Assembly (NCBI GenBank): GCA_963725865.1
Contig: CAVSAC010000010.1
Coordinates: 640,001-704,000 of the forward strand
Origin: Candidatus Eiseniibacteriota bacterium
GTDB lineage: Bacteria; Eisenbacteria; RBG-16-71-46
Length of the DNA: 64,000 nt
Direction of reading: 5' to 3'
Positions 20,078 through 29,403 of the stretch are shown here, one piece after another. The number at the start of each line of letters is the position of its first letter. Position 1 is the first letter of the stretch. Under the pieces are notes generated by a model that searched no databases, had not been told where the DNA came from, and saw nothing but the letters and a program-made list of their open reading frames with translations. The translations under genes were made by a program, and so were the position numbers.

Positions 20078-21049
20078 CTAGGACTTCAGCTGCTGGAACA
20101 TCCGGATGTTGTAGTACTCCTGCTTCTCGAAGTCCCCGTACTCGTCGCGGTGCTCGGACAGGTCCGCCACGATGTCCTGGATCGAGAACTCGGGATGGAA
20201 GCCGAGGTTTACGCGGGCCTTCTCGATCGAGACCTTGTAGTTTCGGAAGTCCTGCAGGTTGCGGATCTCGACCGCGATCCGGCGCCCGCCGTCGCGCTCG
20301 AGCTGGCGCTTCACGAGGTCCCCGACCTGCCCCACGGTGTAGTTGTCGGAGGCGATGTTGAAGATCCCCGACAGCGACGGGTTCGCCTGCACCGCGCGCA
20401 GGTACGCGGAGACGATGTCGCGGATGTCGCAGATCGGACGCCAGATCGCCGGGTTGTTGATCGTGATCCGCCCGGCCTGCGTCGCGGTCTTGAACATGGT
20501 GTTCACGATCAGGTCGAAGCGCATCCGCGGACTGTGCCCCGACACCGTCCCCTGCCGCAGCGCGATCACCGAGAACGCGTCGTCCTGCATCTGGAACACG
20601 CCATGCTCGCCCTGGAGCTTCGAGATCCCGTAGGGGTACGCGCAGGTGGCGGGCGACTCCTCGGTGAACAGCCGGTTCTCGGTGTAGCCGTAGATCGAGC
20701 ACGAGGACGCGTAGATGTAGCGACGGATCCCCGCCTGCTTGGCCGTGAACGCGAGGTAGGCGGGCAGCGCCGCGTTGTGCGTGAAGTTCTTCGCCGGATC
20801 GAACTCCGCCATGGGATCGTTCGAGAGACCCGCGAGGAAGATGAACTGGTCGAAGCCGCGCAGGTCGTCCTTCGTCACCGAGAACAGGTCCCGCTGCAGG
20901 ACGCGCACGTCGGACGGCAGGTGGTTGCCGAACCAGAGCTGGTCGATGACGGTGACGTCGTAGCCGCGCTCCACCAGCGCCGGGACGATCGCGCTGCCGA
21001 GATAGCCCGCGCCGCCGCCCACCAGGATCCTCAGTCGTTCGTGTTCCAT
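20078..21049 (-). CDS. NAD-dependent nucleotide-sugar epimerase/dehydratase (extended SDR)
   Basis: GGGAGYLGS, LAGLSNDP, ASSCSIYG, YGISK, RMRFDLIVN. Confidence 0.9.
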   Translation of the reverse strand: MEHERLRILVGGGAGYLGSAIVPALVERGYDVTVIDQLWFGNHLPSDVRVLQRDLFSVTKDDLRGFDQFIFLAGLSNDPMAEFDPAKNFTHNAALPAYLAFTAKQAGIRRYIYASSCSIYGYTENRLFTEESPATCAYPYGISKLQGEHGVFQMQDDAFSVIALRQGTVSGHSPRMRFDLIVNTMFKTATQAGRITINNPAIWRPICDIRDIVSAYLRAVQANPSLSGIFNIASDNYTVGQVGDLVKRQLERDGGRRIAVEIRNLQDFRNYKVSIEKARVNLGFHPEFSIQDIVADLSEHRDEYGDFEKQEYYNIRMFQQLKS

Positions 21050-21053
21050 GCGC

Positions 21054-21791
21054 TCACCGTGAAGGAGGGTCGGACTGCTGGAATCGTTCGCGGAATTGGG
21101 TCACGTCCAGCGACGTGTCGGCCGGGACCCGGAAGGGCACGTCCGCCCGAGCGAGCCTTCCGATGGTCTTCTCGGGGCTGACGCGCGTCGCGTATTCATG
21201 GACGGACTTGCGGTCGCCGCCGACGTGGAGCACGCCGCGGAAATCCGAGTCGAGCACCCGGGCGATCATCGCCGCGATCGTGCGCACCGGCTCGCGGCTG
21301 GTCCACTGGTCGACGAACGCCTTGTCGTACGGAAACACGTTCGGACCGAACGTGGTCCGGATCACGACCGAGTCGTCGAGCATCCGCACCGCGCACTCCC
21401 CGCCCAGCTTCGACCAGGCGTACTTGTTCACGGGATGGACCGGATCCTCCTCGCGGTAGTTCCCGCGCTCGCCGTCGAACACGTAGTCGGTCGAGATGTA
21501 GATCAGCCGCAGCCCGTGCCGCGCGCACAGCCGGACGACGTTGCAGGTGCCGACGATGTTGACCTCGAGGCCCAGCAGCGGATCCTGCTCGACCTTCGGG
21601 GGCGACGTGAACGCCGCCGCGTGCACGATCGTGCCGAGATTCGCGCTCTCCGCGTAGGCGGCCATGAGCTTGGGGGCGGTGATGTCGAACTCCTCCACGC
21701 TCGGGTAGCGGAGCGCGGGCAGCAGGCGACGGAACTCGCCGCCGAGCAGCCCGCTCCCGCCGGTGAACAGGATGCGGTCCGGTTCGATCAT
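21054..21791 (-). CDS. rfbD: dTDP-4-dehydrorhamnose reductase-like
   Basis: TGGSGLLG, HAAAFT, ISTDYVFDG, YREED, PVNKYAWSKLGGE. Confidence 0.82.
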   Translation of the reverse strand: MIEPDRILFTGGSGLLGGEFRRLLPALRYPSVEEFDITAPKLMAAYAESANLGTIVHAAAFTSPPKVEQDPLLGLEVNIVGTCNVVRLCARHGLRLIYISTDYVFDGERGNYREEDPVHPVNKYAWSKLGGECAVRMLDDSVVIRTTFGPNVFPYDKAFVDQWTSREPVRTIAAMIARVLDSDFRGVLHVGGDRKSVHEYATRVSPEKTIGRLARADVPFRVPADTSLDVTQFRERFQQSDPPSR

Positions 21792-21854
21792 GGCGTTCCT
21801 CGCGGGCAGGCGGACTGCGGCCGGGCGGCTCCGCGCGCGGAAGCGCCGGCGCGC

Positions 21855-22493
21855 CTAGGAGCGCCCAAAGCGGAAGTTCTCCGAGCGCGGATCGCCCAGC
21901 CAACCGCGGAGCGAAGGCGCGTTGCGGTCCTTGTCGGTGAGCAGCGGCCCCGCCGACAGCACGGCCGCGTACGCGGACTTCAGTCGTGGATCGCACAGGG
22001 ACCAGTCGAGGTCGTCGGCGAGCGGCGAGATCCCCGCCTCGCACGTCGGGCTGTACTCGCCGCTGCAGAAGTACTCGAGCGTGGTGTCCTTCAGCAGCAG
22101 GGTGCCGTGCGCGAAGCCCGGCGGGACCCAGATCCACTCCCCGTGCGGATCGGTCGGGCCCGCCGGCATGTCGTGCGCGACGATCCGGCCGAGCGTCGGG
22201 GAATCCCGGCGGATGTCGAGTGCGAAGTCGATCAGGTGGCCCGCCACCGCACGCACCAGCTTGCCCATGTAGGGATTCCACTGGAAGTGGAGCCCGCGGA
22301 TGGTGGACGCGCGGGAGAAGCTCTCGTTCGCCTGCACGAACTCGACGCCGGCGAGCGAGGGCACGTCGGGGTGTCCGATGAGATCGCTGCGGCGGAAGGG
22401 CTCGCTGAAGTATCCGCGGTGATCGGGGAAGCGCGCGAAGCGGATGACCTTGATGTCCGGGATCGCCAGTGACGTGATGGAGAGGATCTTCAT
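21855..22493 (-). CDS. rfbC: dTDP-4-dehydrorhamnose 3,5-epimerase
   Basis: DHRGYFSE, FVQANESFS, IRGLHFQ, DIRRDSPT, WVPPGFAHG, LTDKD. Confidence 0.9.
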   Translation of the reverse strand: MKILSITSLAIPDIKVIRFARFPDHRGYFSEPFRRSDLIGHPDVPSLAGVEFVQANESFSRASTIRGLHFQWNPYMGKLVRAVAGHLIDFALDIRRDSPTLGRIVAHDMPAGPTDPHGEWIWVPPGFAHGTLLLKDTTLEYFCSGEYSPTCEAGISPLADDLDWSLCDPRLKSAYAAVLSAGPLLTDKDRNAPSLRGWLGDPRSENFRFGRS

Positions 22494-22623
22494 CGGGCTC
22501 GTGGTCTCCCGGCGTGTGCGACCCGGGCACGGGCGTGTCCCGCGCGGGGCCTCCTGCCCTCGCCCGGCGCGCGCGCTGCGCTGCACGCGGCCTGGAACCC
22601 CTGACGGGGACGAGGAACGGCGC

Positions 22624-22652
22624 AGCCTAGTGGTTTTGTCCGGACCATTCAA
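22624..22652 (-). promoter_or_regulatory. Putative sigma70 promoter for the rml operon
   Basis: Minus strand TTGAAT-N17-TAGGCT about 130 bp upstream of rfbC. Confidence 0.45.
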
Positions 22653-22710
22653 GCGCCGCTGGCCGCCGGGCGCCGTGCGGCACGGCGCCGCGCCTCACGG
22701 TGCTCGCTCC

Positions 22711-24270
22711 TCAACCGATCGCGGACACCTCGGGCGCGTCCCACGACACCTCGAGCGTTCCCACCTCGGCCTCGACCGCCGCCAGCACGTCGCCGCGCGC
22801 CACCGACGCCGCCATCGCGTCGTGGTCGCGGTGCAGCGGGCGGTCCACGTCGAGGTGCTCGACCACCTTCCGCACCGCCGCGTGCGCGGCGCGCGTGCCG
22901 CGGCCCTGCGCGTGGTCGCGGAAGTCGAGCGCCTGCGCGGCGGCGATCAGCTCGATGCCCAGCACCGCGCGGGCGTTCTCGAGGATCTGGCGGGTCTTGA
23001 GCGCCGCGTTCATGCCCATGCTGACGAAGTCCTCCTGGTCGGCCGCCGCCGGGATGGACTGGACGTACGACGGCGCCGAGAGCAGGCGCTGCTCCACGAT
23101 CAGCATGTCGGCCGTGTACTGGCTCAGCATGTGGCCGGAGAACATGCCGGCGCCCTGGGTGAGGAACGCGGGCAGTCCGACGCTGAGGGCGGGATTGAGC
23201 AGGCGGTTGAGCCGCCGCTCGCTCAGCACCGAGACCATGGTGACGCTCGCGCCCACGACGTCGAGCGGCAGGCTCACCGGCGTGCCCTGGAAGTTCGCGC
23301 CGGTGTACACGCGGTCCTCCTCGGCCACGAAGATCGGGTTGTCGGCGACGCCGTTCAGCTCGATCTCGAACTGGCGCCGCGTGTACGCGAGCAGGTCGCG
23401 CACCGCTCCGATCACCTGGGGCGTGGAGCGCATGGAGTAGGCGTCCTGCACCTTGGTCTTGACCCGGCCGGTCTGCAGGTCGGAGCCGGCGAACACGCGG
23501 CGCAGGTTCGCGGCGGTGAGCTGCGCGCCCCGGAAGCCGCGCAGCTCGTGCAGCCGCGCCTCGTAGGGCCGCAGGTTGGCGTGCAGCGCCTCGAGCGTCA
23601 TCGCGGCCGCGATCTCGGCCTGCGCCACCCAGCGCTCGATGTCGTGCAGCAGCAGGCAGCCGATGCCGGTGATCAGGTTGGAGCCGTTGATGGCGGCCAG
23701 CCCGTCGCGCGCGTGGAGTCCCGGCGCGACCAGACCGGCCTGCGCCAGTGCATCGGCGGTCGGCAGGCGCTGGCCATCGAGGAAGCACTCGCCCTCGCCC
23801 ATCAGCGAGAGCGCGATCTGGCTCATCGGCGCGAGGTCGCCGCTGGCGCCCACGCTGCCCTTGGAACACACCACCGGCGTCACGCCGCGGTTCAGCATCG
23901 CGACGTAGGCCTGCGGGATCTCGGGCCGGCAGCCCGAGAACCCGCGCGCGTGCACGTTGATGCGCGAGAGCATCGCGGCGCGCACGTGCTCGACCGGGCA
24001 GGGCTCGCCGATGCCGGCGGCGTGGTTGTAGATCAGGTAACGCTGGAACTGCTTCACCTGCTCGTCGGTGAGCACCACTTCGGAGAACTCGCCGATGCCG
24101 GTGTTGACGCCGTACATGATCTCGTGGGCGTCGATCTTCCGCTGCAGCATGCTCCGGCATCTCGCGATGCGATCGAGAGCCTCGGGCCCGAGCGCCACGG
24201 GCTCGCCGTGGCGCGCCACGCGCACCACGTCCTCGATCGAGAGGCCGGAGCCGTTCAGGACGACGGCCAT
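22711..24270 (-). CDS. hutH: Histidine/aromatic amino acid ammonia-lyase (MIO family)
   Basis: YGVNTGIG, GSVGASGDLAP (MIO), QDAYSMRSTPQV, NFQG, QEDFVSMG. Confidence 0.8.
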   Translation of the reverse strand: MAVVLNGSGLSIEDVVRVARHGEPVALGPEALDRIARCRSMLQRKIDAHEIMYGVNTGIGEFSEVVLTDEQVKQFQRYLIYNHAAGIGEPCPVEHVRAAMLSRINVHARGFSGCRPEIPQAYVAMLNRGVTPVVCSKGSVGASGDLAPMSQIALSLMGEGECFLDGQRLPTADALAQAGLVAPGLHARDGLAAINGSNLITGIGCLLLHDIERWVAQAEIAAAMTLEALHANLRPYEARLHELRGFRGAQLTAANLRRVFAGSDLQTGRVKTKVQDAYSMRSTPQVIGAVRDLLAYTRRQFEIELNGVADNPIFVAEEDRVYTGANFQGTPVSLPLDVVGASVTMVSVLSERRLNRLLNPALSVGLPAFLTQGAGMFSGHMLSQYTADMLIVEQRLLSAPSYVQSIPAAADQEDFVSMGMNAALKTRQILENARAVLGIELIAAAQALDFRDHAQGRGTRAAHAAVRKVVEHLDVDRPLHRDHDAMAASVARGDVLAAVEAEVGTLEVSWDAPEVSAIG

Positions 24271-24403
24271 GATGAACACTCCCTGAATGCGGTCGGGACG
24301 AGGGATCCACTGCGATGGTACGCACACAGCCTACACCCCGAGGACGCGGAAACGCAGCGGGCCGGCCCCTTTCGAGACCGGCCCGTGATGCCGCGACGAT
24401 CGT

Positions 24404-26503
24404 CTACTTCGCGGCCCCGGTCGAACCGCCCGACGAGCCGCCCGTCAGCTCGTCGGCCAGCGCGCCCATGTCGTAGATCTTGCGCAGCGCCTCGACCAGC
24501 GCCCGCGAGTCCACCGCCACGCAGCGCGCCTGCTCCTCCGACCAGCCGTAGTCCCACAGGAACGATTGGATGTTCCCGTCGAACACCAGTCCGACGTACT
24601 CGCCGGCGCGATCCAGCACCGGGCTGCCGGAGTTGCCGCCGATGATGTCGTCGGTGGTCACGAAGTCGAGCGGGGTCGTCAGGTCGAGCTTGGACTCGGC
24701 CGCCGCCACCCGCGCCGGCAGGTCGAACGGGTGCCGGTTGTCGAACGAACGCGCGCGGTCGAACAGTCCGTGGAACGTCGTCTTCCACGGCACCTCGGTG
24801 GTCATCTGCGTGTAGCCCGCGACCTTGCCGTACGCGAGCCGCAGCGTGCCGGTGGCGTCCGGGTAGGCGTTCTTGCCGTCGAGCGCGAATCGCGCGCGCG
24901 CGATGCGGCCGCCCTCGAGGGACTCCACGCCCTCGACGTGGTCCTCGTTCCACGCGCGCTGCTCGCGATAGACCGGGTCGATCCGCCGCGCCCACACGAT
25001 CAGCGGGTCGTCCGACGCCTCGACCGCCTTGCGTCCCCCTTCGAGCAGCCGCTTGCGCTCCGCCCGGTCGCCCAGCCGGGTGCCGCCGAGGATCGCGCGG
25101 GCGACCTCGGCGGGTGGACGCCCCGCGAGCGCCACCTTCACCCACGGGTCGTCGGGCCCCAGCTCGTCGAGCGCGGCCTGCAGATGGGCGGCGTAGACGA
25201 ACTCCTCCATCGCGGGGTACACCGGCGCCGGCGACATCAGCTGGAACCTCATCGAAGCCAGGTTGGCGTCGCGGTACTCGCGGAAGCGCTGATCGTTGGG
25301 CTTCTCGACCTCGGCGCTCATGCGCACCAGCGTGTTCGCGAAGTCCACCAGCCGCGAGACGCGGAACGCCTCGCGGTAGAGCTGGGCCTTGCCGCGCTCG
25401 CGCATCGCCTGCTCCGCGGCCGCGATCCGGTCCCACGAAGCGCTGGTCGTCGCCGCGAGCGCCGCGTCCTTCGCCACCCGCGCGCGCAGATCGTCCTCGG
25501 TCGCGCGCTTGTCCGCGGCGAAGCGCGGGTCGCCCAGGATCTCGAGGAATCCGCGCTGGCGCTTGAGGTTGTTCTCGACGCCGCGGATGCCGTTCAGGGT
25601 CTGGCGCGCCTCCTCGCTTCCGCGCGCGGCATACGCGCGGTAGGTCGCCAGCCGCCGCTCGCCGATCCGGATGCGCGCCGGCATCTCGACGTCGCGCTCG
25701 TACTCGAGCTGCGCGACCGTGCGCATGCGGCCGGTGCGGCCGGGGTGCCCGACCACGAACACCAGGTCACCGCCCTGCACGCCCTTCGCGCTCCAGCGGA
25801 TCCAGTGCTCGGGCTTGGCGGGCTGGCCGTTCTCGTAGACGCGGAAGAACGCGAAGTCGAGATCGTGGCGCGGGAACGAGAAGTTGTCCGGGTCGCCGCC
25901 AAAGAACGCGGTCTGCTCCTCGGGCGCGCACACCAGCCGCACGTCCTTGTACGTCTTGTAGCGATAGAGCCAGTACTCGCCGCCCTGGTACAGCTCGACC
26001 GACTCGGTCTTGAGCCCGGTCTTCCGGGTCGACTCCTGCTCGAGCCGCGCCAGCGCCGCTTTGCGCTGCGCGTTCTGCTGCTGGGTCGGCGCTTTGGGGT
26101 CGATCGCGGCGGTCACCTGCGCGGTCACGTCCTCCATCGACCACAGCACCTTGAGCTCGAGGTCGGGGCACGGCAGCTCCTCGCCGCGCGTGCGCGCGAA
26201 GAAGCCCACTTTCACGAAGTCGTGCTGCGGCGAGGACACCTTCGCGAGCTGACCGAGCGCCACGTGGTGGTTCGTGAGCACCAGCCCGTCGGGCGAGACG
26301 AACGCGCCCGAACCGCCGCCGAAGTTCACGGCGGCCTTCTGCACGTGCTCGATCCACTGCGGCGACGGCGTGAACCCGTAGCGCTCCTGCAGCCGCTGCA
26401 GAGGCAGGTGATCGAACGTCCACATGCCTTCGTCGGCGAAGGCGGAGGAGGCGCACGCGCACAGGGCGAGCGCGGCGACGAGGGGGAGCGTCCATCGCGT
26501 CAT
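24404..26503 (-). CDS. S46-family dipeptidyl peptidase, secreted
   Basis: ADEGMWTF, SPDGLVLTNHHV, FFGGDPDNF, YPDATGTLRL, DIIGGNSGSPV, GLVFDGN. Confidence 0.93.
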   Translation of the reverse strand: MTRWTLPLVAALALCACASSAFADEGMWTFDHLPLQRLQERYGFTPSPQWIEHVQKAAVNFGGGSGAFVSPDGLVLTNHHVALGQLAKVSSPQHDFVKVGFFARTRGEELPCPDLELKVLWSMEDVTAQVTAAIDPKAPTQQQNAQRKAALARLEQESTRKTGLKTESVELYQGGEYWLYRYKTYKDVRLVCAPEEQTAFFGGDPDNFSFPRHDLDFAFFRVYENGQPAKPEHWIRWSAKGVQGGDLVFVVGHPGRTGRMRTVAQLEYERDVEMPARIRIGERRLATYRAYAARGSEEARQTLNGIRGVENNLKRQRGFLEILGDPRFAADKRATEDDLRARVAKDAALAATTSASWDRIAAAEQAMRERGKAQLYREAFRVSRLVDFANTLVRMSAEVEKPNDQRFREYRDANLASMRFQLMSPAPVYPAMEEFVYAAHLQAALDELGPDDPWVKVALAGRPPAEVARAILGGTRLGDRAERKRLLEGGRKAVEASDDPLIVWARRIDPVYREQRAWNEDHVEGVESLEGGRIARARFALDGKNAYPDATGTLRLAYGKVAGYTQMTTEVPWKTTFHGLFDRARSFDNRHPFDLPARVAAAESKLDLTTPLDFVTTDDIIGGNSGSPVLDRAGEYVGLVFDGNIQSFLWDYGWSEEQARCVAVDSRALVEALRKIYDMGALADELTGGSSGGSTGAAK

Positions 26504-26730
26504 GAGGATCCCATCCTGAGGGCGCGCGCGGCGCCCGTCGGTCGGAGGCCGGGCAGAGGTCGGGGTGGCCGAGGTCCACTCCGTCGGGAGGTGTCCCGAG
26601 TATCGTGAGGGCCCACACGGGGGGTCAAAATGCGGGGTACGAGCGCGGTGGTTCGGGCCACCGGCGCGCGCCGGCGCCGGCGTTCCGGGCGGACGCGGAT
26701 CCGCGGATCGGAGGCGATCCTCCGCGCGTC

Positions 26731-28566
26731 TCACGGCAGCAGCACCACGCGGCGCGTCTCCGCGTGCCCCGCCGCCTCGAGCCGCAGCAGGTACACGCCG
26801 GCGCCGAGGCGCCCCCCCGCGGTCCCGCGGCCGTCCCAACGCAGCGCGTGCTCGCCGGCCGCCGCGTGCTCGTCCATCAGCGTCGCCACGCGGCGGCCGC
26901 CCAGGTCGAACACCGAGACCCGCGCGCGTCCCGCGACCGGCAGCCGGAGCGCGAGGCGCAGCGTGCCGCCCGCGGGTGTGAATGGGTCGGGCGCCGGCAC
27001 ACCGAGCCAGCGTGCCTCATCGCGAAGCGTCGGATCGACGCCGAGCGGTGCCTCCGCATGGACGGTCACCATCATCACGTTGTACGGCAGGCAATCGAAC
27101 TCCACCTCGACCCGCGTGCTCCCATTCACGTCGAGCTGGCGCACCACGCGGCCGCCGGTCGCGACGTAGCCGGAGTCGTTGTCCTTCATCACGAACGTCA
27201 GCCGCGCGTGCTGCCAGCGCTCGTTGAAGTAGTTGGTGACCACCGCCAGGAGGTAGGAGCGAGTGGCGTCGTTGGGTCCGGACCATATCAGCGACAGCGA
27301 ATCGAGCGGCGCAAGACTGGTGCCGCCACTGTGGTGCATCGGTCCGGGCAGGATGTCGCTCCCCACCACGCGGAAGATGCGGAACGTGCGCCGCCCGCCG
27401 GAGACCGACTGCAGCCCGAGGTCGAACGGCCGCGCGTTGCGATCGCCGTCGGCGATCGGGTGCACGTGCCCCCAGATCGCGCCGGCGAGCCCGGCGGGCA
27501 GCGGGTGCAGCTGCGAGAGCGCCGCCCCCGGCGCGCCGCCGGCGAGCGTGCCGCCGAAGTCGTAGTGGTACATGAGCAGCGCCGCGTGGCCCTGCTGCAC
27601 CGTCCACAGATCGGCCGCGAGCCACGCCAGTTGATCGGCGGTCATGCTCTGCGCGCCGTAGAGGTCGGTGCGGTAGTGGTCGTACGAGCCGCTGTTGATG
27701 TAGCCCTCCAGGCCGATGACGTGGAGCGGCCCGTAGTCGAACGAGAAGTCCTGGGTGCGACGGGGATCGCCGGACGGCGGCGCGGCGAGGAACGGCCAGC
27801 CGAACTGGCGCCACCAGTTGCGCCGCGAGGTGCCGTCGGCGGGCGCGGTCGCCTGCCAGCCGCCGAGGTCGTGATTGCCCGCGACCAGGAACACCGGCGC
27901 GTCGATGCGCGAGAGCAGCGCCTTGGCGCGCGCCATCTCGAACATGCCGAGGTAGTCCTCGAGTTCGCCCTCGTTCACCAGGTCGCCGGTGTGGAGCACG
28001 AACTCGGGATGGATGAGGTTGAGGTCGCCCGCGACCGCGTCGAAGTCCCCGACCGAGGTGGTGTCGTTCGGATCCCAGCCCGCGTCGCTGGAGAAGGCGC
28101 CCATCGGGATGTGGGTGTCGGAGATCTGCGCAAAGTAGAACTCGTCCGGATAGGCGCTCAGCACCTTCACGCAATGGCGACTGGTGTCGGCCGCCGTGCC
28201 CGTCGAGGTGAGCACCAGGTCGTAGAGCTCCTCGGGCGTGTCGGCCGGGACGGCAAAGGCGAGCTCCCAGCGCGCCCGGCTCGCGACGTAGCCGCCGCCC
28301 GCAGGCACGAGCGGCACGGCGAGCGAGCCGAACACCAGCTCGGCGTTCCACCCGCTGACGCCGGCGGCCGCGTTGGCCCACACGGTGAGCGCCTCGCCCG
28401 GGCGCACGAAGCTCGGCAGGTTGGGCAGCGGGCGCCAGATCACGGTGAGCGTGTCACCGTAGGAGTAGGCGCGCGCCACGGCGGGCAGCGCGAGCACGGA
28501 GAGCGCGAGCGCGAGCAGGGCGGCGCGGCGCGGGAAGACGGACGGAGTGCGGCCGATCGCGGGCAT
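26731..28566 (-). CDS. Secreted calcineurin-like metallophosphoesterase with C-terminal FlgD-Ig / T9SS-CTD-like domain
   Basis: ISDTH, TGDLV, AGNHD, GHVH. Tail PDPF...VFDLGGRRVATL...WDGR...GVYLLRL...RRVVLL. Confidence 0.85.
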   Translation of the reverse strand: MPAIGRTPSVFPRRAALLALALSVLALPAVARAYSYGDTLTVIWRPLPNLPSFVRPGEALTVWANAAAGVSGWNAELVFGSLAVPLVPAGGGYVASRARWELAFAVPADTPEELYDLVLTSTGTAADTSRHCVKVLSAYPDEFYFAQISDTHIPMGAFSSDAGWDPNDTTSVGDFDAVAGDLNLIHPEFVLHTGDLVNEGELEDYLGMFEMARAKALLSRIDAPVFLVAGNHDLGGWQATAPADGTSRRNWWRQFGWPFLAAPPSGDPRRTQDFSFDYGPLHVIGLEGYINSGSYDHYRTDLYGAQSMTADQLAWLAADLWTVQQGHAALLMYHYDFGGTLAGGAPGAALSQLHPLPAGLAGAIWGHVHPIADGDRNARPFDLGLQSVSGGRRTFRIFRVVGSDILPGPMHHSGGTSLAPLDSLSLIWSGPNDATRSYLLAVVTNYFNERWQHARLTFVMKDNDSGYVATGGRVVRQLDVNGSTRVEVEFDCLPYNVMMVTVHAEAPLGVDPTLRDEARWLGVPAPDPFTPAGGTLRLALRLPVAGRARVSVFDLGGRRVATLMDEHAAAGEHALRWDGRGTAGGRLGAGVYLLRLEAAGHAETRRVVLLP

Positions 28567-28730
28567 GGAGGCTCCTGGGGATCGCCGCGGGAGGCCTGCA
28601 GCATCGGGGAGGATCGCGGGCCCGTCAATGCCCATACGACGGACGCGCCGTCCGGGCGGCCGCATGCGTTCAGTGGGACGCGACGGCGCGCCTCGCGAGC
28701 CGCGGGGCGCGAGGCGGCTGCGAGGCCCGC

Positions 28731-29075
28731 TCAGCCCGCGCGCACGTGGTGGGGCAGCTCGAACGGGATCTCGAGCGAGATCTCCACGAAGCCGGCGTAG
28801 ACGCCGTCGCGGAACCACGGCGACTGGTGGATGAGCTTCTTCACGCCGCGCTTCTCGATGGTGTAGACGTTCGCCCGCCCATTCGCGAGCAACGCCACGA
28901 CCTTCGAGCGCGACGGCTCGGGATGACAGTCCTGCAGCCGGGTGCCGATCAGCGCGCGGCCGCCGTCCTCCGCGAACACCTGCGCCGAGCGCGCGTTCAT
29001 CGCCAGGATGACGCCGTCGCGATCGCACACCGTGATCGCACCGGGGAACTCCTCGATCCACTCGTGTTCGGACAT
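28731..29075 (-). CDS. Small PAS-domain protein
   Basis: EEFPGAITVCDRDGVILAMN...LIGTRLQDCHPE. AAGGAG RBS. Confidence 0.8.
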   Translation of the reverse strand: MSEHEWIEEFPGAITVCDRDGVILAMNARSAQVFAEDGGRALIGTRLQDCHPEPSRSKVVALLANGRANVYTIEKRGVKKLIHQSPWFRDGVYAGFVEISLEIPFELPHHVRAG

Positions 29076-29092
29076 CGAGTCTCCTTGGTGTG

Positions 29093-29147
29093 TGGTGCCG
29101 GGGCCGGGAGTCGAACCCGGACGGGCATGAGTCCAGCGGACTATAAG
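29093..29147 (-). repeat. Displaced 3' half of tRNA-Leu (att-like direct repeat) ending in ACCA
   Basis: About 52 bp matching the 3' half of the tRNA at 33447-33498 with 4 mismatches, from the anticodon loop to the acceptor stem. Confidence 0.9.
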
Positions 29148-29403
29148 GGCTCGACCGACGGGGGGAGCAGTCGCACCTCGCGGCGGGCCAGGTCCACCGC
29201 GGGACTTCTCGGGCCCACCCGGTCGCCGGTGATCTCGCCCAGAAAGAACACGCTGGTGCGCAGGCTCGGTGATAGCCTGAACACCTCGTCAGTGCATGAG
29301 TCCCGCTCGCTGATCCGCGGGTCCGGTCCTGCGGACAGGACCCACCCACCGCGCCCGACCCGTCCATCCTGATGGGACGACCTTCCCCCAAGGAGACGGA
29401 CTC

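Noticed and set aside
12104..20702. Very long ORFs (1200-1600 aa) on both strands, also at 37323-41357, 42814-47874 and 55699-58707
   Set aside because: Arg/Ala/Gly-rich shadow frames caused by high GC. Only the terminal parts that carry family motifs are real genes.
17004..20702. Apparent 1232-aa fusion of a glycan-locus protein to the S9 peptidase
   Set aside because: Artefact of the frameshift at ~19679. The peptidase has its own RBS (GAGGAGG) and a signal peptide starting at 19049.
29093..29147. Second tRNA gene
   Set aside because: Only the 3' half is present; there is no D-arm or 5' acceptor strand, and the anticodon loop is mutated.
29148..29400. Integrase gene at the islet boundary
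   Set aside because: No tyrosine- or serine-recombinase motifs are recognisable in any frame I read.
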